Below are positions 55,996 through 64,000 of a stretch of 64,000 nucleotides of DNA, one piece after another; the stretch's first letter is position 1; the number at the start of each line of letters is the position of its first letter. Both the position numbers and the translations under genes were made by a program. Location: assembly GCA_040398965.1 (NCBI GenBank), contig JBBASZ010000008.1, positions 18,087 to 82,086 of the forward strand, read 5' to 3'. The notes beneath the pieces are model-generated. The model had not been told where the DNA came from and made no database searches. It saw only the letters and a list, made by a program, of their open reading frames with translations. Source of the stretch: Solirubrobacteraceae bacterium (GTDB taxonomy: Bacteria > Actinomycetota > Thermoleophilia > Solirubrobacterales > Solirubrobacteraceae).

Positions 55996-57471
55996 TCATC
56001 CGTTCGGGTGACGCATCGACTCCACATCGGAGGCGGCGAAACCGATAGTGCTCTGGCCGGCCTGCGCGGCGCCGGAACGCCGCGCCTCGACCGAAACGGC
56101 CTCGGCCACTGCCGGCGCGACGTCGCGGTTGAAGACGGAGGGAATGAAGTACTCCTCGCAGAGCTCCTCGTCGGTCACGATGTCGGCGATGGCCCGTGCA
56201 GCGGCCATCTTCATCGGCTCGGTGATCTGGTCGGCGCGAACGTCGAGGGCACCGCGGAATATTCCGGGAAAGGCCAGGACGTTGTTGATCTGGTTGGGGT
56301 AGTCCGAGCGGCCGGTGGCGATGATCCGGGAGTACTCGGCGGCCTCCTCGGGGGTGACCTCGGGGTTCGGGTTGGCCATGGCGAAGATCATCGGGTCGGG
56401 GTTCATCGTCGCCAGGGCCGATGGTTCGATCACCCGGGCGCCGGAGAGGCCGATGAAGAGGTCGGTTCCCCGTATTGCCTCGGTCGGCCCGCCGGAGATC
56501 TTCTCCGGGTTTGAGACCTCGGAGAACCAGCGCTTGATCTCCGGCATCGAGCCGTCCAGGTAGTCGGCCCGTTCCGTGCTGAGGACGCCCTGGGAATCGC
56601 AGCCGATGATCTCCGTCACCCCGGCCTCCAGCAGGATCTTTGTCACGGCGATCCCGGCTGCCCCCAGCCCGACCATCAGGACGCGCAGGTCGCCGATCTC
56701 CCTGCCGGTGAGCTTGCAGGCGTTCATCAGCGCGGCGAGGACGACGATTGCCGTGCCGTGCTGGTCGTCGTGGAAGACGGGAATGTCCAGCCGCTCCTTG
56801 AGCGCCTCCTCGATCTCGAAGCAGCGGGGCGCGGAGATGTCCTCCAGGTTTATCCCGCCAAAGCCCGGGGCGATCCTCTCGACCGTGTCGATGATCTCCT
56901 GCGGGTCCTTCGTGCTGAGGCAGATCGGGAAGGCGTCGACGCCGGCGAACTCCTTGAAGAGCATCGCCTTGCCCTCCATCACCGGCATCGCCGCCTCGGG
57001 ACCGATATCGCCGAGCCCGAGGACGGCCGTGCCGTCGCTGACCACGGCGACCGTGTTCCGCTTGATCGTGTACTGGAAGGCCCGCTCGCGGTCTTCGGCG
57101 ATCGCGCTGCAGACGCGTGCGACCCCTGGCGTGTAGGCCATCGAGAGGTCGTCGCGGGTCTTCAGCGGGGAGCGGTTGTGCTGCTCGATCTTGCCGCCGA
57201 CGTGAATCTGGAAGGTGCGGTCGGTCGTATCGACCACCTGAGCCCCATCGATTGCGTTGATGGCCGAGACGATGTCGTCCCAGTGGTCGGGGTCGTTGGC
57301 GTCGACCGTGATGTCCCGCACCAGCCCTCCGTTGGCTTCGACGAGGTCGATCGGGCCGATCACCGCGCCGGCGTCGCCGATCGCGCCGGCAACCTTGCCG
57401 AGCATTCCCGGGACGTCTTCGATCTCGACCCGGATCGTGAGGCTGTACTGGGCTGAAGGGGTGGGACTCAC
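55996..57471 (-). CDS. NAD(P)-dependent malic enzyme with N-terminal ACT domain
   Basis: ORF track, 491 aa. About 75 aa of ACT-like N-terminus (LTIRVEIEDVPGMLGKVAGAIGDAGAVIG), then YTPGVARVC and GTAVLGLGDIGP. GTG start. Confidence 0.85.
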   Translation of the reverse strand: MSPTPSAQYSLTIRVEIEDVPGMLGKVAGAIGDAGAVIGPIDLVEANGGLVRDITVDANDPDHWDDIVSAINAIDGAQVVDTTDRTFQIHVGGKIEQHNRSPLKTRDDLSMAYTPGVARVCSAIAEDRERAFQYTIKRNTVAVVSDGTAVLGLGDIGPEAAMPVMEGKAMLFKEFAGVDAFPICLSTKDPQEIIDTVERIAPGFGGINLEDISAPRCFEIEEALKERLDIPVFHDDQHGTAIVVLAALMNACKLTGREIGDLRVLMVGLGAAGIAVTKILLEAGVTEIIGCDSQGVLSTERADYLDGSMPEIKRWFSEVSNPEKISGGPTEAIRGTDLFIGLSGARVIEPSALATMNPDPMIFAMANPNPEVTPEEAAEYSRIIATGRSDYPNQINNVLAFPGIFRGALDVRADQITEPMKMAAARAIADIVTDEELCEEYFIPSVFNRDVAPAVAEAVSVEARRSGAAQAGQSTIGFAASDVESMRHPNG

Positions 57472-57480
57472 TCCGGCGGC

Positions 57481-57486
57481 AGTCTA
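57481..57486 (-). promoter_or_regulatory. candidate -10 hexamer TAGACT, 9 nt upstream of the malic enzyme GTG
   Basis: Minus-strand reading is cccgTAGACTgccgccggaGTG. Confidence 0.35.
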
Positions 57487-57524
57487 CGGGGGTTCAGGCT
57501 CAGCCCATGTGCCGCATCCTGCGG

Positions 57525-57530
57525 TAGCTT
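57525..57530 (+). promoter_or_regulatory. candidate -10 hexamer TAGCTT, 7 nt upstream of GTG 57538 (leaderless-type, polA)
   Basis: Sequence is gcggTAGCTTgcccgcgGTGgcc. The hexamer overlaps the TTG (57529) used by the ORF track. Confidence 0.35.
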
Positions 57531-57537
57531 GCCCGCG

Positions 57538-60111
57538 GTGGCCGAGACGCTCTACCTGATCGACGGCAACAGCCTCGCCTACCGAGCGTTCTTCGCCCTG
57601 CCGGACACGATCGCCACCTCGAAGGGGCAGCCGACCAACGCCATCTTCGGCTTTGCCTCGATGCTCGTGAAGATCATTACCGAGCACGGAAGCAACCCGA
57701 CCGTCGTCTGCTGGGACGCAGGCTCTTCGGGACGCAAGGAGCTCGACGAGCGCTACAAGGCGAACCGCGCCTCACGACCCGACCTGCTCAAGGAGCAGTG
57801 GCCCTACTTCGAGCCGATCGTCGAAGCCTTCGGGTGGACGAACGTCTCGGTGGACGGATACGAGGCCGACGACGTGATCGGGACCCTCGCGGAGCGTGCT
57901 CTTAACGCCAAGCCCCCGATCGACGTCGTGGTGGTCACCGGCGACCGCGACTCATTCCAGCTGATCGACCCCGAGGGACGGGTGAGGGTGATGGCCACCG
58001 CACGGGGTATCACCGACACCAAGGACTACGACTACGACGCCGTGGTCGAGCGTTACGGAATCGGGCCGGAGCTGATCCCCGACTTCTACGGCCTGAAGGG
58101 CGACTCCTCGGACAACATCCCCGGCGTCCCCGGCATTGGCGACAAGACGGCGAGCGAGCTTCTCCAGCGGTTCGGCTCGCTCGAGAAGATCCTCGACAGC
58201 GTCGACGAGATCTCCGGGGCCAAGCGCAAGGAGAACCTCGTCAACCACGCAGGCGACGCGCGCCTGAGCAAGCAGCTGGCCACCATCCAGCGCGACGTTC
58301 CCGTCGACCTCGACCCCGCCGCCGAGGTCGCCCGCGAGCCGGACCGCTCCCGGATCAGGGAGGTTTTCGGAGAGTTTGAGCTCAAGGATCCCCTAAGGCG
58401 CATGGAGGCCATCCTCGGTGAGGACGCGGGCGCCCAACCCGGGGGAGAGGAGCTCGAGTGGTCGGAGGGGACCCTGGAGAAGGCCGCCTCACTCGGCGGC
58501 CGCAAGAAGCCGCTTGCCGTTGCCGTGGTGGCACCCGAGGCCGGTGAGGGGGAGCTCTTCGCGCGCGACGAGCAATGGCGCTTCGGCACCAGCGCCGACG
58601 GCAAGGCGATTGCGGGAGCCCTCGGATCGCCCGAGCAGGTCGCCCCGGCCCTCGGGGACCGGCCGGTCATCGCCCACGACGCCAAGGGGCTTGGCGTGGT
58701 CCCGGAAAACGTCGACTGGGACACGATGCTCGCGGCATACCTTCTCGACCCGGCGCGGCGCGGCTACGACCTGGAGGAGCTCTGCGAAGCTGCCGGAATC
58801 GCCATCGACTGCGAGGACGAGGCGGCCCTCCGGGCAGCGCTGGTCGCCGCCCTGGCCGAATGGCAGGCCCCGCGGGTTGCCGAGCGCGACCAGACCGGGC
58901 TGCTCAAGGAGATGGAGATTCCGCTCGAGCCGGTCCTCAGGGCGATGGAGGTTGCCGGGGTCCGGCTCGACACGGATTCGCTGGCGAAGATCACGAAGAA
59001 GGTGCGTCGGGAGATTGGTGGCCTCGAGAAGAAGATCCACGCGCTGGCCGGCGAGGAGTTCACCATCGGCTCGCCCCAGCAGCTCGGAGCCGTCCTGTTC
59101 GACAAGCTCGGCTTGACCCGCAAGCGCAAGGGCAAGACCGGCTATTCGACCGACGCGCGCGTCCTGCAGGCGATTCGTGACGAGCACGAGATCGTTCCGC
59201 TCGTCGAGCGCTGGCGGGAGCTGAACCAGCTCCTGAAGACCTACCTCGATGCCCTGCCTTCACTGGTGGACGACGAGGGCCGGATCCACACCACCTTCGT
59301 TCAGGCCTCGACGGCGACCGGCCGGCTCTCCTCGGTGAACCCGAACCTCCAGAACGTCCCGGTGCGCACCGAGCTCGGCCAGGAGATAAGGGGATGCTTT
59401 GAGGCCGCGCCCCGGAAGGTGCTCCTCTCGGCCGACTACTCGCAGGTCGAGCTTCGGGTGCTGGCCCACGTGGCCGACGAGGACGTGCTCAAGGAGATCT
59501 TCAGCCGGGGCGAGGATGTCCACACCGCCACCGCGAGGGAGGTGTTCGGCGTCTCCGAGGACGAGATCGACGCCGGAATGCGCTCGAAGGCCAAGATGAT
59601 CAACTACGGGATCGTCTACGGGCTTGGAGAGTTTGGGCTGGCCGACCGGCTCAATATCCCCAGGGCCGAAGCGGGGGAGTTCATCGACGCCTACCTCGGC
59701 CGCTTCGCCCGGATCCACGCCTTCATGGAGGAGACGGTCGAGAAAGCCCGTGAGGACGGTTACGTGACGACCCTGTTCGGGCGCCGTCGCGACATCCCGG
59801 AGCTTCGGTCCTCAAATCGCCAGACGGTGGCGCTCGGCGAGCGGCTGGCCGTCAACACCGTCGTCCAGGGGACCAGCGCCGACGTCATGAAGCTCGCGAT
59901 GATCGGAGTCGCCGGTTCACTGGAGGCCAGCGGGCTGAAGAGCAGGATGATCCTCACCATCCACGACGAGCTCCTCTTCGAGGGTCCGCGGGCGGAAACC
60001 CCCGAGCTGGGAGAGCTCGTGGCGGAGGGGATGGTGGCCCCGTGGGGTGAGCGGGAGCCGGCGCTTGAGGTTGACGTCGGCGTCGGGCGCACCTGGCTGG
60101 AGGCCAAGTAG
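57538..60111 (+). CDS. polA: DNA polymerase I
   Basis: ORF track 57529..60111, 860 aa. 5'-nuclease domain (LIDGNSLAYRAFFAL, GDSSDNIPGVPGIGDKTA), a central exonuclease-like region and the family A polymerase motifs (DYSQVELRVLAH, QGTSADVMK, HDELLFE). Start is 57529 or 57538. Confidence 0.95.
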   Translation: MAETLYLIDGNSLAYRAFFALPDTIATSKGQPTNAIFGFASMLVKIITEHGSNPTVVCWDAGSSGRKELDERYKANRASRPDLLKEQWPYFEPIVEAFGWTNVSVDGYEADDVIGTLAERALNAKPPIDVVVVTGDRDSFQLIDPEGRVRVMATARGITDTKDYDYDAVVERYGIGPELIPDFYGLKGDSSDNIPGVPGIGDKTASELLQRFGSLEKILDSVDEISGAKRKENLVNHAGDARLSKQLATIQRDVPVDLDPAAEVAREPDRSRIREVFGEFELKDPLRRMEAILGEDAGAQPGGEELEWSEGTLEKAASLGGRKKPLAVAVVAPEAGEGELFARDEQWRFGTSADGKAIAGALGSPEQVAPALGDRPVIAHDAKGLGVVPENVDWDTMLAAYLLDPARRGYDLEELCEAAGIAIDCEDEAALRAALVAALAEWQAPRVAERDQTGLLKEMEIPLEPVLRAMEVAGVRLDTDSLAKITKKVRREIGGLEKKIHALAGEEFTIGSPQQLGAVLFDKLGLTRKRKGKTGYSTDARVLQAIRDEHEIVPLVERWRELNQLLKTYLDALPSLVDDEGRIHTTFVQASTATGRLSSVNPNLQNVPVRTELGQEIRGCFEAAPRKVLLSADYSQVELRVLAHVADEDVLKEIFSRGEDVHTATAREVFGVSEDEIDAGMRSKAKMINYGIVYGLGEFGLADRLNIPRAEAGEFIDAYLGRFARIHAFMEETVEKAREDGYVTTLFGRRRDIPELRSSNRQTVALGERLAVNTVVQGTSADVMKLAMIGVAGSLEASGLKSRMILTIHDELLFEGPRAETPELGELVAEGMVAPWGEREPALEVDVGVGRTWLEAK

Positions 60112-60122
60112 GCAGGCGATAT

Positions 60123-60144
60123 CGCCCTTCGGCCGGGCGTCTTT
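60123..60144 (+). terminator. weak terminator-like hairpin after polA
   Basis: CGCCC-ttcggcc-GGGCG followed by TCTTT, 12 nt after the polA stop. Confidence 0.3.
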
Positions 60145-60149
60145 GGCGC

Positions 60150-60155
60150 TAACCT
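60150..60155 (+). promoter_or_regulatory. candidate -10 hexamer TAACCT, 9 nt upstream of the rpsA ATG
   Basis: Sequence is gcgcTAACCTgcgtggttcATG. Confidence 0.3.
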
Positions 60156-60164
60156 GCGTGGTTC

Positions 60165-61586
60165 ATGACAACCACCCCGACCGAAACCGAAGTCCAGATC
60201 GAAGGATCTGTAGTCCCGGGAAGCGACGGGATGCTGCTCGAAGTTGACGGGCAGGTAATCCCCAACTACGCCGCGACCTTCTCACCCTTCAGCGAGGGCG
60301 AGGTCGTCTCCGGCCGCGTCGTGCGCATCGACAACGACGAGGTCCTCGTCGACATCGGGTACAAGAGCGAGGGCGTAATCACCTCGGGCGAGCTCTCTAT
60401 CCGCAAGAACGTCGACCCCCACGAGGAGGTTGAGCTCGGCGAAGAGGTCGACGTGCTGGTTCTCACCAAGGAGGACCAGGACGGGCGCCTCCTGGTCTCC
60501 AAGAAGCGTGCCCGTTTCGAGAAGGCCTGGCGGCGGATCGAGGCTGCCGCCGAGTCCGGCGAGCCGGTCGAGGGCAATGTCATCGAGGTCGTCAAGGGCG
60601 GACTGATCGTCGATCTCGGCGTTCGCGGGTTCCTTCCGGCCTCGCTCGTCGACATCCGGCGCGTCGCCGACCTCGACGCCTTCCTGCACACCACCATCGA
60701 GTGCAAGGTCATCGAGCTCAACCGCCAGCGCAACAACGTCGTTCTCTCCCGCCGCGCGGTGCTCGAGGAGGAGCGCAAGGGCGCCCGCCAGGAGATCCTC
60801 GACCGCCTGCAGCCCGGCGCGATCGTCGAGGGGCAGATCTCCAACATCGTCGACTTCGGCGCCTTCGTCGACCTCAACGGGATCGACGGCCTGATCCACA
60901 TCTCCGAGATCTCCTGGTCCCACGTCAACCACCCCAGCGAAGCGCTCTCGATCGGGGACACCGTCCAGGTGAAGGTTCTCGAGATCGACCGCGACCGCCA
61001 GCGGATTTCGCTGGGGCTCAAGCAGACCCAGGACGACCCCTGGCAGCGGGTGGTCAACACCTACAACGTTGGCGATGACCTCGAGGGAGCGGTCACCAAG
61101 GTCGTCACCTTCGGCGCCTTCGTCGAGATCCTCGACGGTGTCGAGGGCCTGGTCCACATCTCCGAACTGGCCCCCCACCACGTGGAGAACCCGCGTGAAG
61201 TGGTTGCCCCCGGGGACGAGATCAAGGTGAAGGTCCTCGAGATCGACTCCGAGCGCCGGCGCCTCTCGCTTTCGGTCAAGCGCGTCGAGGGCCAGATCCT
61301 CTCCGCCCACACCGGCGGACTCGACCTCGGCGAGGAGGAGATGGAGGCGGAGGCCGGCGAAGCAGTCGCGGCGGCCGCCGACGAGGAGGCCGCAGCCGAC
61401 GAGATCGTCGCCACCGCCGACGACGAGGCGGTTGCCGACGAGGCCGCGGCCGAGGAAGAGGTCGAGATCTCCGACGACGGCCCCGAGGAACAGGAAGCGG
61501 ACGCGGAGGTCGAGGTAGCCGACGAGGCAGCCCCTGCTCCCGAGGCCGAAGCTCCCGGCGCCGAAGAGGCGCCCAGCGAAGACTGA
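60165..61586 (+). CDS. rpsA: 30S ribosomal protein S1
   Basis: ORF track, 473 aa. Four S1 repeats (for example GRVVRIDNDEVLVDIG, GQISNIVDFGAFVDL, GAVTKVVTFGAFVEI) and an acidic Ala/Glu/Asp tail of about 85 aa. Confidence 0.95.
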   Translation: MTTTPTETEVQIEGSVVPGSDGMLLEVDGQVIPNYAATFSPFSEGEVVSGRVVRIDNDEVLVDIGYKSEGVITSGELSIRKNVDPHEEVELGEEVDVLVLTKEDQDGRLLVSKKRARFEKAWRRIEAAAESGEPVEGNVIEVVKGGLIVDLGVRGFLPASLVDIRRVADLDAFLHTTIECKVIELNRQRNNVVLSRRAVLEEERKGARQEILDRLQPGAIVEGQISNIVDFGAFVDLNGIDGLIHISEISWSHVNHPSEALSIGDTVQVKVLEIDRDRQRISLGLKQTQDDPWQRVVNTYNVGDDLEGAVTKVVTFGAFVEILDGVEGLVHISELAPHHVENPREVVAPGDEIKVKVLEIDSERRRLSLSVKRVEGQILSAHTGGLDLGEEEMEAEAGEAVAAAADEEAAADEIVATADDEAVADEAAAEEEVEISDDGPEEQEADAEVEVADEAAPAPEAEAPGAEEAPSED

Positions 61587-61599
61587 CCTGGAGTCCCAG

Positions 61600-62202
61600 G
61601 TGAGCGGCCCGGCGGCGATCCCGTTCGTGGGGCTGACCGGGGCGATGGGCGCCGGCAAGAGCTCGGCGCTCGAGGCGCTTGGCCGCCTCGGAGCGACGAC
61701 GCTTTCCACCGACCGCGTTGTCCATGACCTCTACGGGCGCCCCGACGTTATTGAGGCCGTGGTGGGCCGCTGGGGTGGGGATGTGGCACCCGGCGGCGTG
61801 ATCGACCGCGCGCAGGTAGCCCGCCACGCCTTTGCGGCCCCGGCGGAGCGCGCCTGGCTCGAGGGGCTTCTCTGGCCGCTCGTGGGAGCGGAGGTGCAGT
61901 CCTTCCGGGAGGAGGCGGCAGCGGCCAATCCGCCGCCGGTGGCGATGGTCGTCGAGACGCCACTCCTGTTCGAGGCCGGAATGGAGTCGGCCTACGACGC
62001 GACGATCGTCGTGGTCACCGACGAGCAGCTGCGCCTGCAGCGCGCCGCCGCCCGCGGGCATGCCGCCGTCGACGAGCGCCACGACAGGCAGCTCAGCCAG
62101 GAAGAGAAGGCCGAGCGGGCAACCTACGTCGTGGCCAATGACGGAAGCCTCGAAGATCTCGAGGTGGCGCTGGCCGGGGTGCTTGCCAGACTGGCGGAAT
62201 GA
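61600..62202 (+). CDS. coaE: dephospho-CoA kinase
   Basis: ORF track, 200 aa. P-loop GLTGAMGAGKSS. Conserved position after rpsA. Confidence 0.85.
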   Translation: MSGPAAIPFVGLTGAMGAGKSSALEALGRLGATTLSTDRVVHDLYGRPDVIEAVVGRWGGDVAPGGVIDRAQVARHAFAAPAERAWLEGLLWPLVGAEVQSFREEAAAANPPPVAMVVETPLLFEAGMESAYDATIVVVTDEQLRLQRAAARGHAAVDERHDRQLSQEEKAERATYVVANDGSLEDLEVALAGVLARLAE

Positions 62203-62783
62203 CCTCGGCGCGAATCCGCCGCCGGCGCCTCGGGGTGGGGATCCTCCTGCTCGCGCTCCTTGCTGCCGGGCTGCTCGTCGCCAACGGCACCTTTCACCAC
62301 GCGGCGCGCGAGATATCGCTGCCGCTGCGCTACGACGACATCATCCGCCAGCAGGCCAGGGAGAAGAATCTCGATCCGGCCCTGATTGCCGCGGTGATCT
62401 TCGTCGAGTCGCGCTTCATTGCCGGGCGGACCTCACCGGCCGGCGCCGAGGGGCTGATGCAGATAACCCCGGAGACCGCGCGAGACATCGCCCGGCGCTC
62501 GGGGGGTACCCGGTTCACGGTCGCCGACCTCGACACCCCGCAGATAAACATCTCCTACGGCTCCTACCTGCTCCGCGAGCTGCTCGACCGCTACGACGGC
62601 GACCTCGCCGCCGCCCTGGCCGCTTACAACGCCGGCCCTGGCAACGCCGACAAGTGGGGCGGCTCGTCGCTGAAGGCGCAGGACATCCCGTTCCCGGAGA
62701 CGCGGGCCTACGTAGAGAAGGTGCTCCGGGCCCAGGAGGACTATCGCGCCCGCTACGACAAGGAGCTCGGGCCGGCGCCCTGA
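62199..62783 (+). CDS. lytic transglycosylase (SLT domain) with N-terminal membrane anchor
   Basis: ORF track, 194 aa. IFVESRF, GLMQITPETA, AYNAGPGN. ATGA overlap with coaE. Confidence 0.85.
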   Translation: MTSARIRRRRLGVGILLLALLAAGLLVANGTFHHAAREISLPLRYDDIIRQQAREKNLDPALIAAVIFVESRFIAGRTSPAGAEGLMQITPETARDIARRSGGTRFTVADLDTPQINISYGSYLLRELLDRYDGDLAAALAAYNAGPGNADKWGGSSLKAQDIPFPETRAYVEKVLRAQEDYRARYDKELGPAP

Positions 62784-62789
62784 GCGGTC

Positions 62790-62795
62790 TAACCT
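62790..62795 (+). promoter_or_regulatory. candidate -10 hexamer TAACCT, 6 nt upstream of the uvrB GTG (leaderless-type)
   Basis: Sequence is ggtcTAACCTcctcccGTGccc. Confidence 0.35.
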
Positions 62796-62801
62796 CCTCC
62801 C

Positions 62802-64000
62802 GTGCCCGAGTTCCGGCTCGATCCGCAATTCACGCCGACCGCCGACCAGCCGGCGGCGATCGACCGGATCGCCGCCGAGGTCTCCGGGGGTGCCCGCGGG
62901 ACCACCCTGCTGGGAGCTACCGGCACCGGCAAGACGATGACTATGGCCGGGGTTATCCAGGAGCTGCAGCGCCCGAGCCTCGTCCTGGCCCACAACAAGA
63001 CGCTCGCCGCCCAGCTCTGCAACGAGTTCCGCAGCTTCTTTCCCGACAACGCCGTCGAGTACTTCGTCAGCTACTACGACTACTACCAGCCGGAGGCGTA
63101 CGTCCCGAGCAAGGACCTCTTTATCGAAAAAGACTCGGCGATCAACGAGGAGATCGACCGCCTGCGCCACGCTGCCACCGCCGCGCTGTTCGCCCGTCGC
63201 GACGTGATCATCGTCGCCAGCGTCTCGGCGATCTACGGGATGGGCTCGCCGGAGAGCTACGACCGCAACGTCCAGGTGCTGAGGAAGGGGGAGGAGATCG
63301 ACCGCGACGCCCTGCTTCGCAAACTCGTGGCGATCCAGTACACGCGCAACGACACCGCCCTCGGACGGGGCACCTTCCGGGTGCGGGGAGAGGCTCTCGA
63401 GGTCTTCCCGGCCTATGCCGAGAGCGCATTCCGGGTCACCCTTTTCGGGGACGAGGTCGAGCGCCTCCAGGAGTTCGACCCCCTGACCGGCGAGCTGCTG
63501 GCCGACGACCTCGAGCACGTCGCCGTCTGGCCGGCAACCCACTACAACGTCGAGGAGGGTTCGATCGACCGTGCGGTGGAGGAGATCGGCCGCGAGCTCG
63601 AGGCCCGCTGCGGCGAGCTCGAGGGCGAGGGCAAGGAGCTCGAGTCCCACAGGCTCCGGCAGCGCACGCAGTACGACATGGAGATGCTCCGGGAGATGGG
63701 GTTCTGCAACGGCATCGAGAACTATTCCCGGATCCTCGACGGCCGCAAGCCCGGCGACCGGCCCTACTGCCTGGTCGACTACTTCCCCGAGGACTTCGTC
63801 TGCTTCATCGACGAGTCCCACCAGACCATCCCGCAGCTGGGGGCGATGTACGAGGGCGACCGCTCGAGGAAGCTGACCCTCGTCGACTACGGGTTCCGGC
63901 TGCCCAGCGCGCTCGACAACCGGCCCCAGACCTTCGACGAGTTCCTCTCGATCACGCCGCAGATGGTCTTCGTCAGCGCCACCCCGGGGCGCTACGAAAA
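62802..64000 (+). CDS. uvrB: excinuclease ABC subunit B (N-terminal ~400 aa; continues past the right edge)
   Basis: Absent from the ORF track because there is no stop in the window. Hand translation gives VPEFRLDPQFTPTADQPAAIDRIAAEVSGGARGTTLLGATGTGKTMTMAGVIQELQRPSLVLAHNKTLAAQLCNEFRSFFPDNAVEYFVSYYDYYQPEAY. Confidence 0.9.
   Translation, partial: MPEFRLDPQFTPTADQPAAIDRIAAEVSGGARGTTLLGATGTGKTMTMAGVIQELQRPSLVLAHNKTLAAQLCNEFRSFFPDNAVEYFVSYYDYYQPEAYVPSKDLFIEKDSAINEEIDRLRHAATAALFARRDVIIVASVSAIYGMGSPESYDRNVQVLRKGEEIDRDALLRKLVAIQYTRNDTALGRGTFRVRGEALEVFPAYAESAFRVTLFGDEVERLQEFDPLTGELLADDLEHVAVWPATHYNVEEGSIDRAVEEIGRELEARCGELEGEGKELESHRLRQRTQYDMEMLREMGFCNGIENYSRILDGRKPGDRPYCLVDYFPEDFVCFIDESHQTIPQLGAMYEGDRSRKLTLVDYGFRLPSALDNRPQTFDEFLSITPQMVFVSATPGRYE

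Overview
Very GC-rich window (about 70% by eye, not computed), densely packed, with about 90% of genes on the + strand. It is almost entirely conserved housekeeping core. Gene order, left to right: DUF1015 (partial), tRNA-Pro, a bile-acid/Na+ symporter-family transporter, tRNA-Arg, tRNA-His, tig-clpP-clpX, valS-folC, ndk-maf, mreBCD-mrdA-rodA, RNase E/G, rplU-rpmA, obg-proB-proA-nadD-rsfS, tRNA-Ala, leuS, comEA-comEC-holA, rpsT, murJ, lepA-hrcA-dnaJ-prmA, a lipoprotein cytochrome c, yqeY-phoH-ybeY-era, an ArsA-like ATPase divergent from a phytoene/squalene-synthase plus flavoprotein pair, hisIE-trpEGDC-htrA-trpFBA, a malic enzyme, polA, rpsA-coaE, a lytic transglycosylase and uvrB (partial). 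From memory, this order matches the conserved actinobacterial core (the Streptomyces tig...obg region), so the source is probably an MreB-containing member of the Actinomycetota. That is an inference. I found no CRISPR array, transposase, integrase, prophage or recognisable defence or toxin module, and no convincing novel multi-gene system. The most notable signal is regulatory. At least 20 transcription-unit starts carry a TANNNT -10 hexamer only 6-13 nt upstream of the start codon or tRNA 5' end, which points to pervasive leaderless or near-leaderless expression. This pattern shifts several start codons. It also reveals one pair of divergent genes that share a single palindromic -10 element. 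Secondary curiosities: an uncharacterised PLDc_N-like/double-zinc-ribbon membrane protein plus a micro-ORF between folC and ndk; a head-to-head isoprenoid synthase paired with a geranylgeranyl-reductase-like flavoprotein and no desaturase in view; htrA inserted into a translationally coupled his-trp supraoperon; a tandem-repeat Ala/Lys/Pro tail on L21; and a degenerate solute-binding lipoprotein. All protein calls rest on motif recognition by eye, with no database search. The many long antisense ORFs in the track are GC-driven shadow ORFs.
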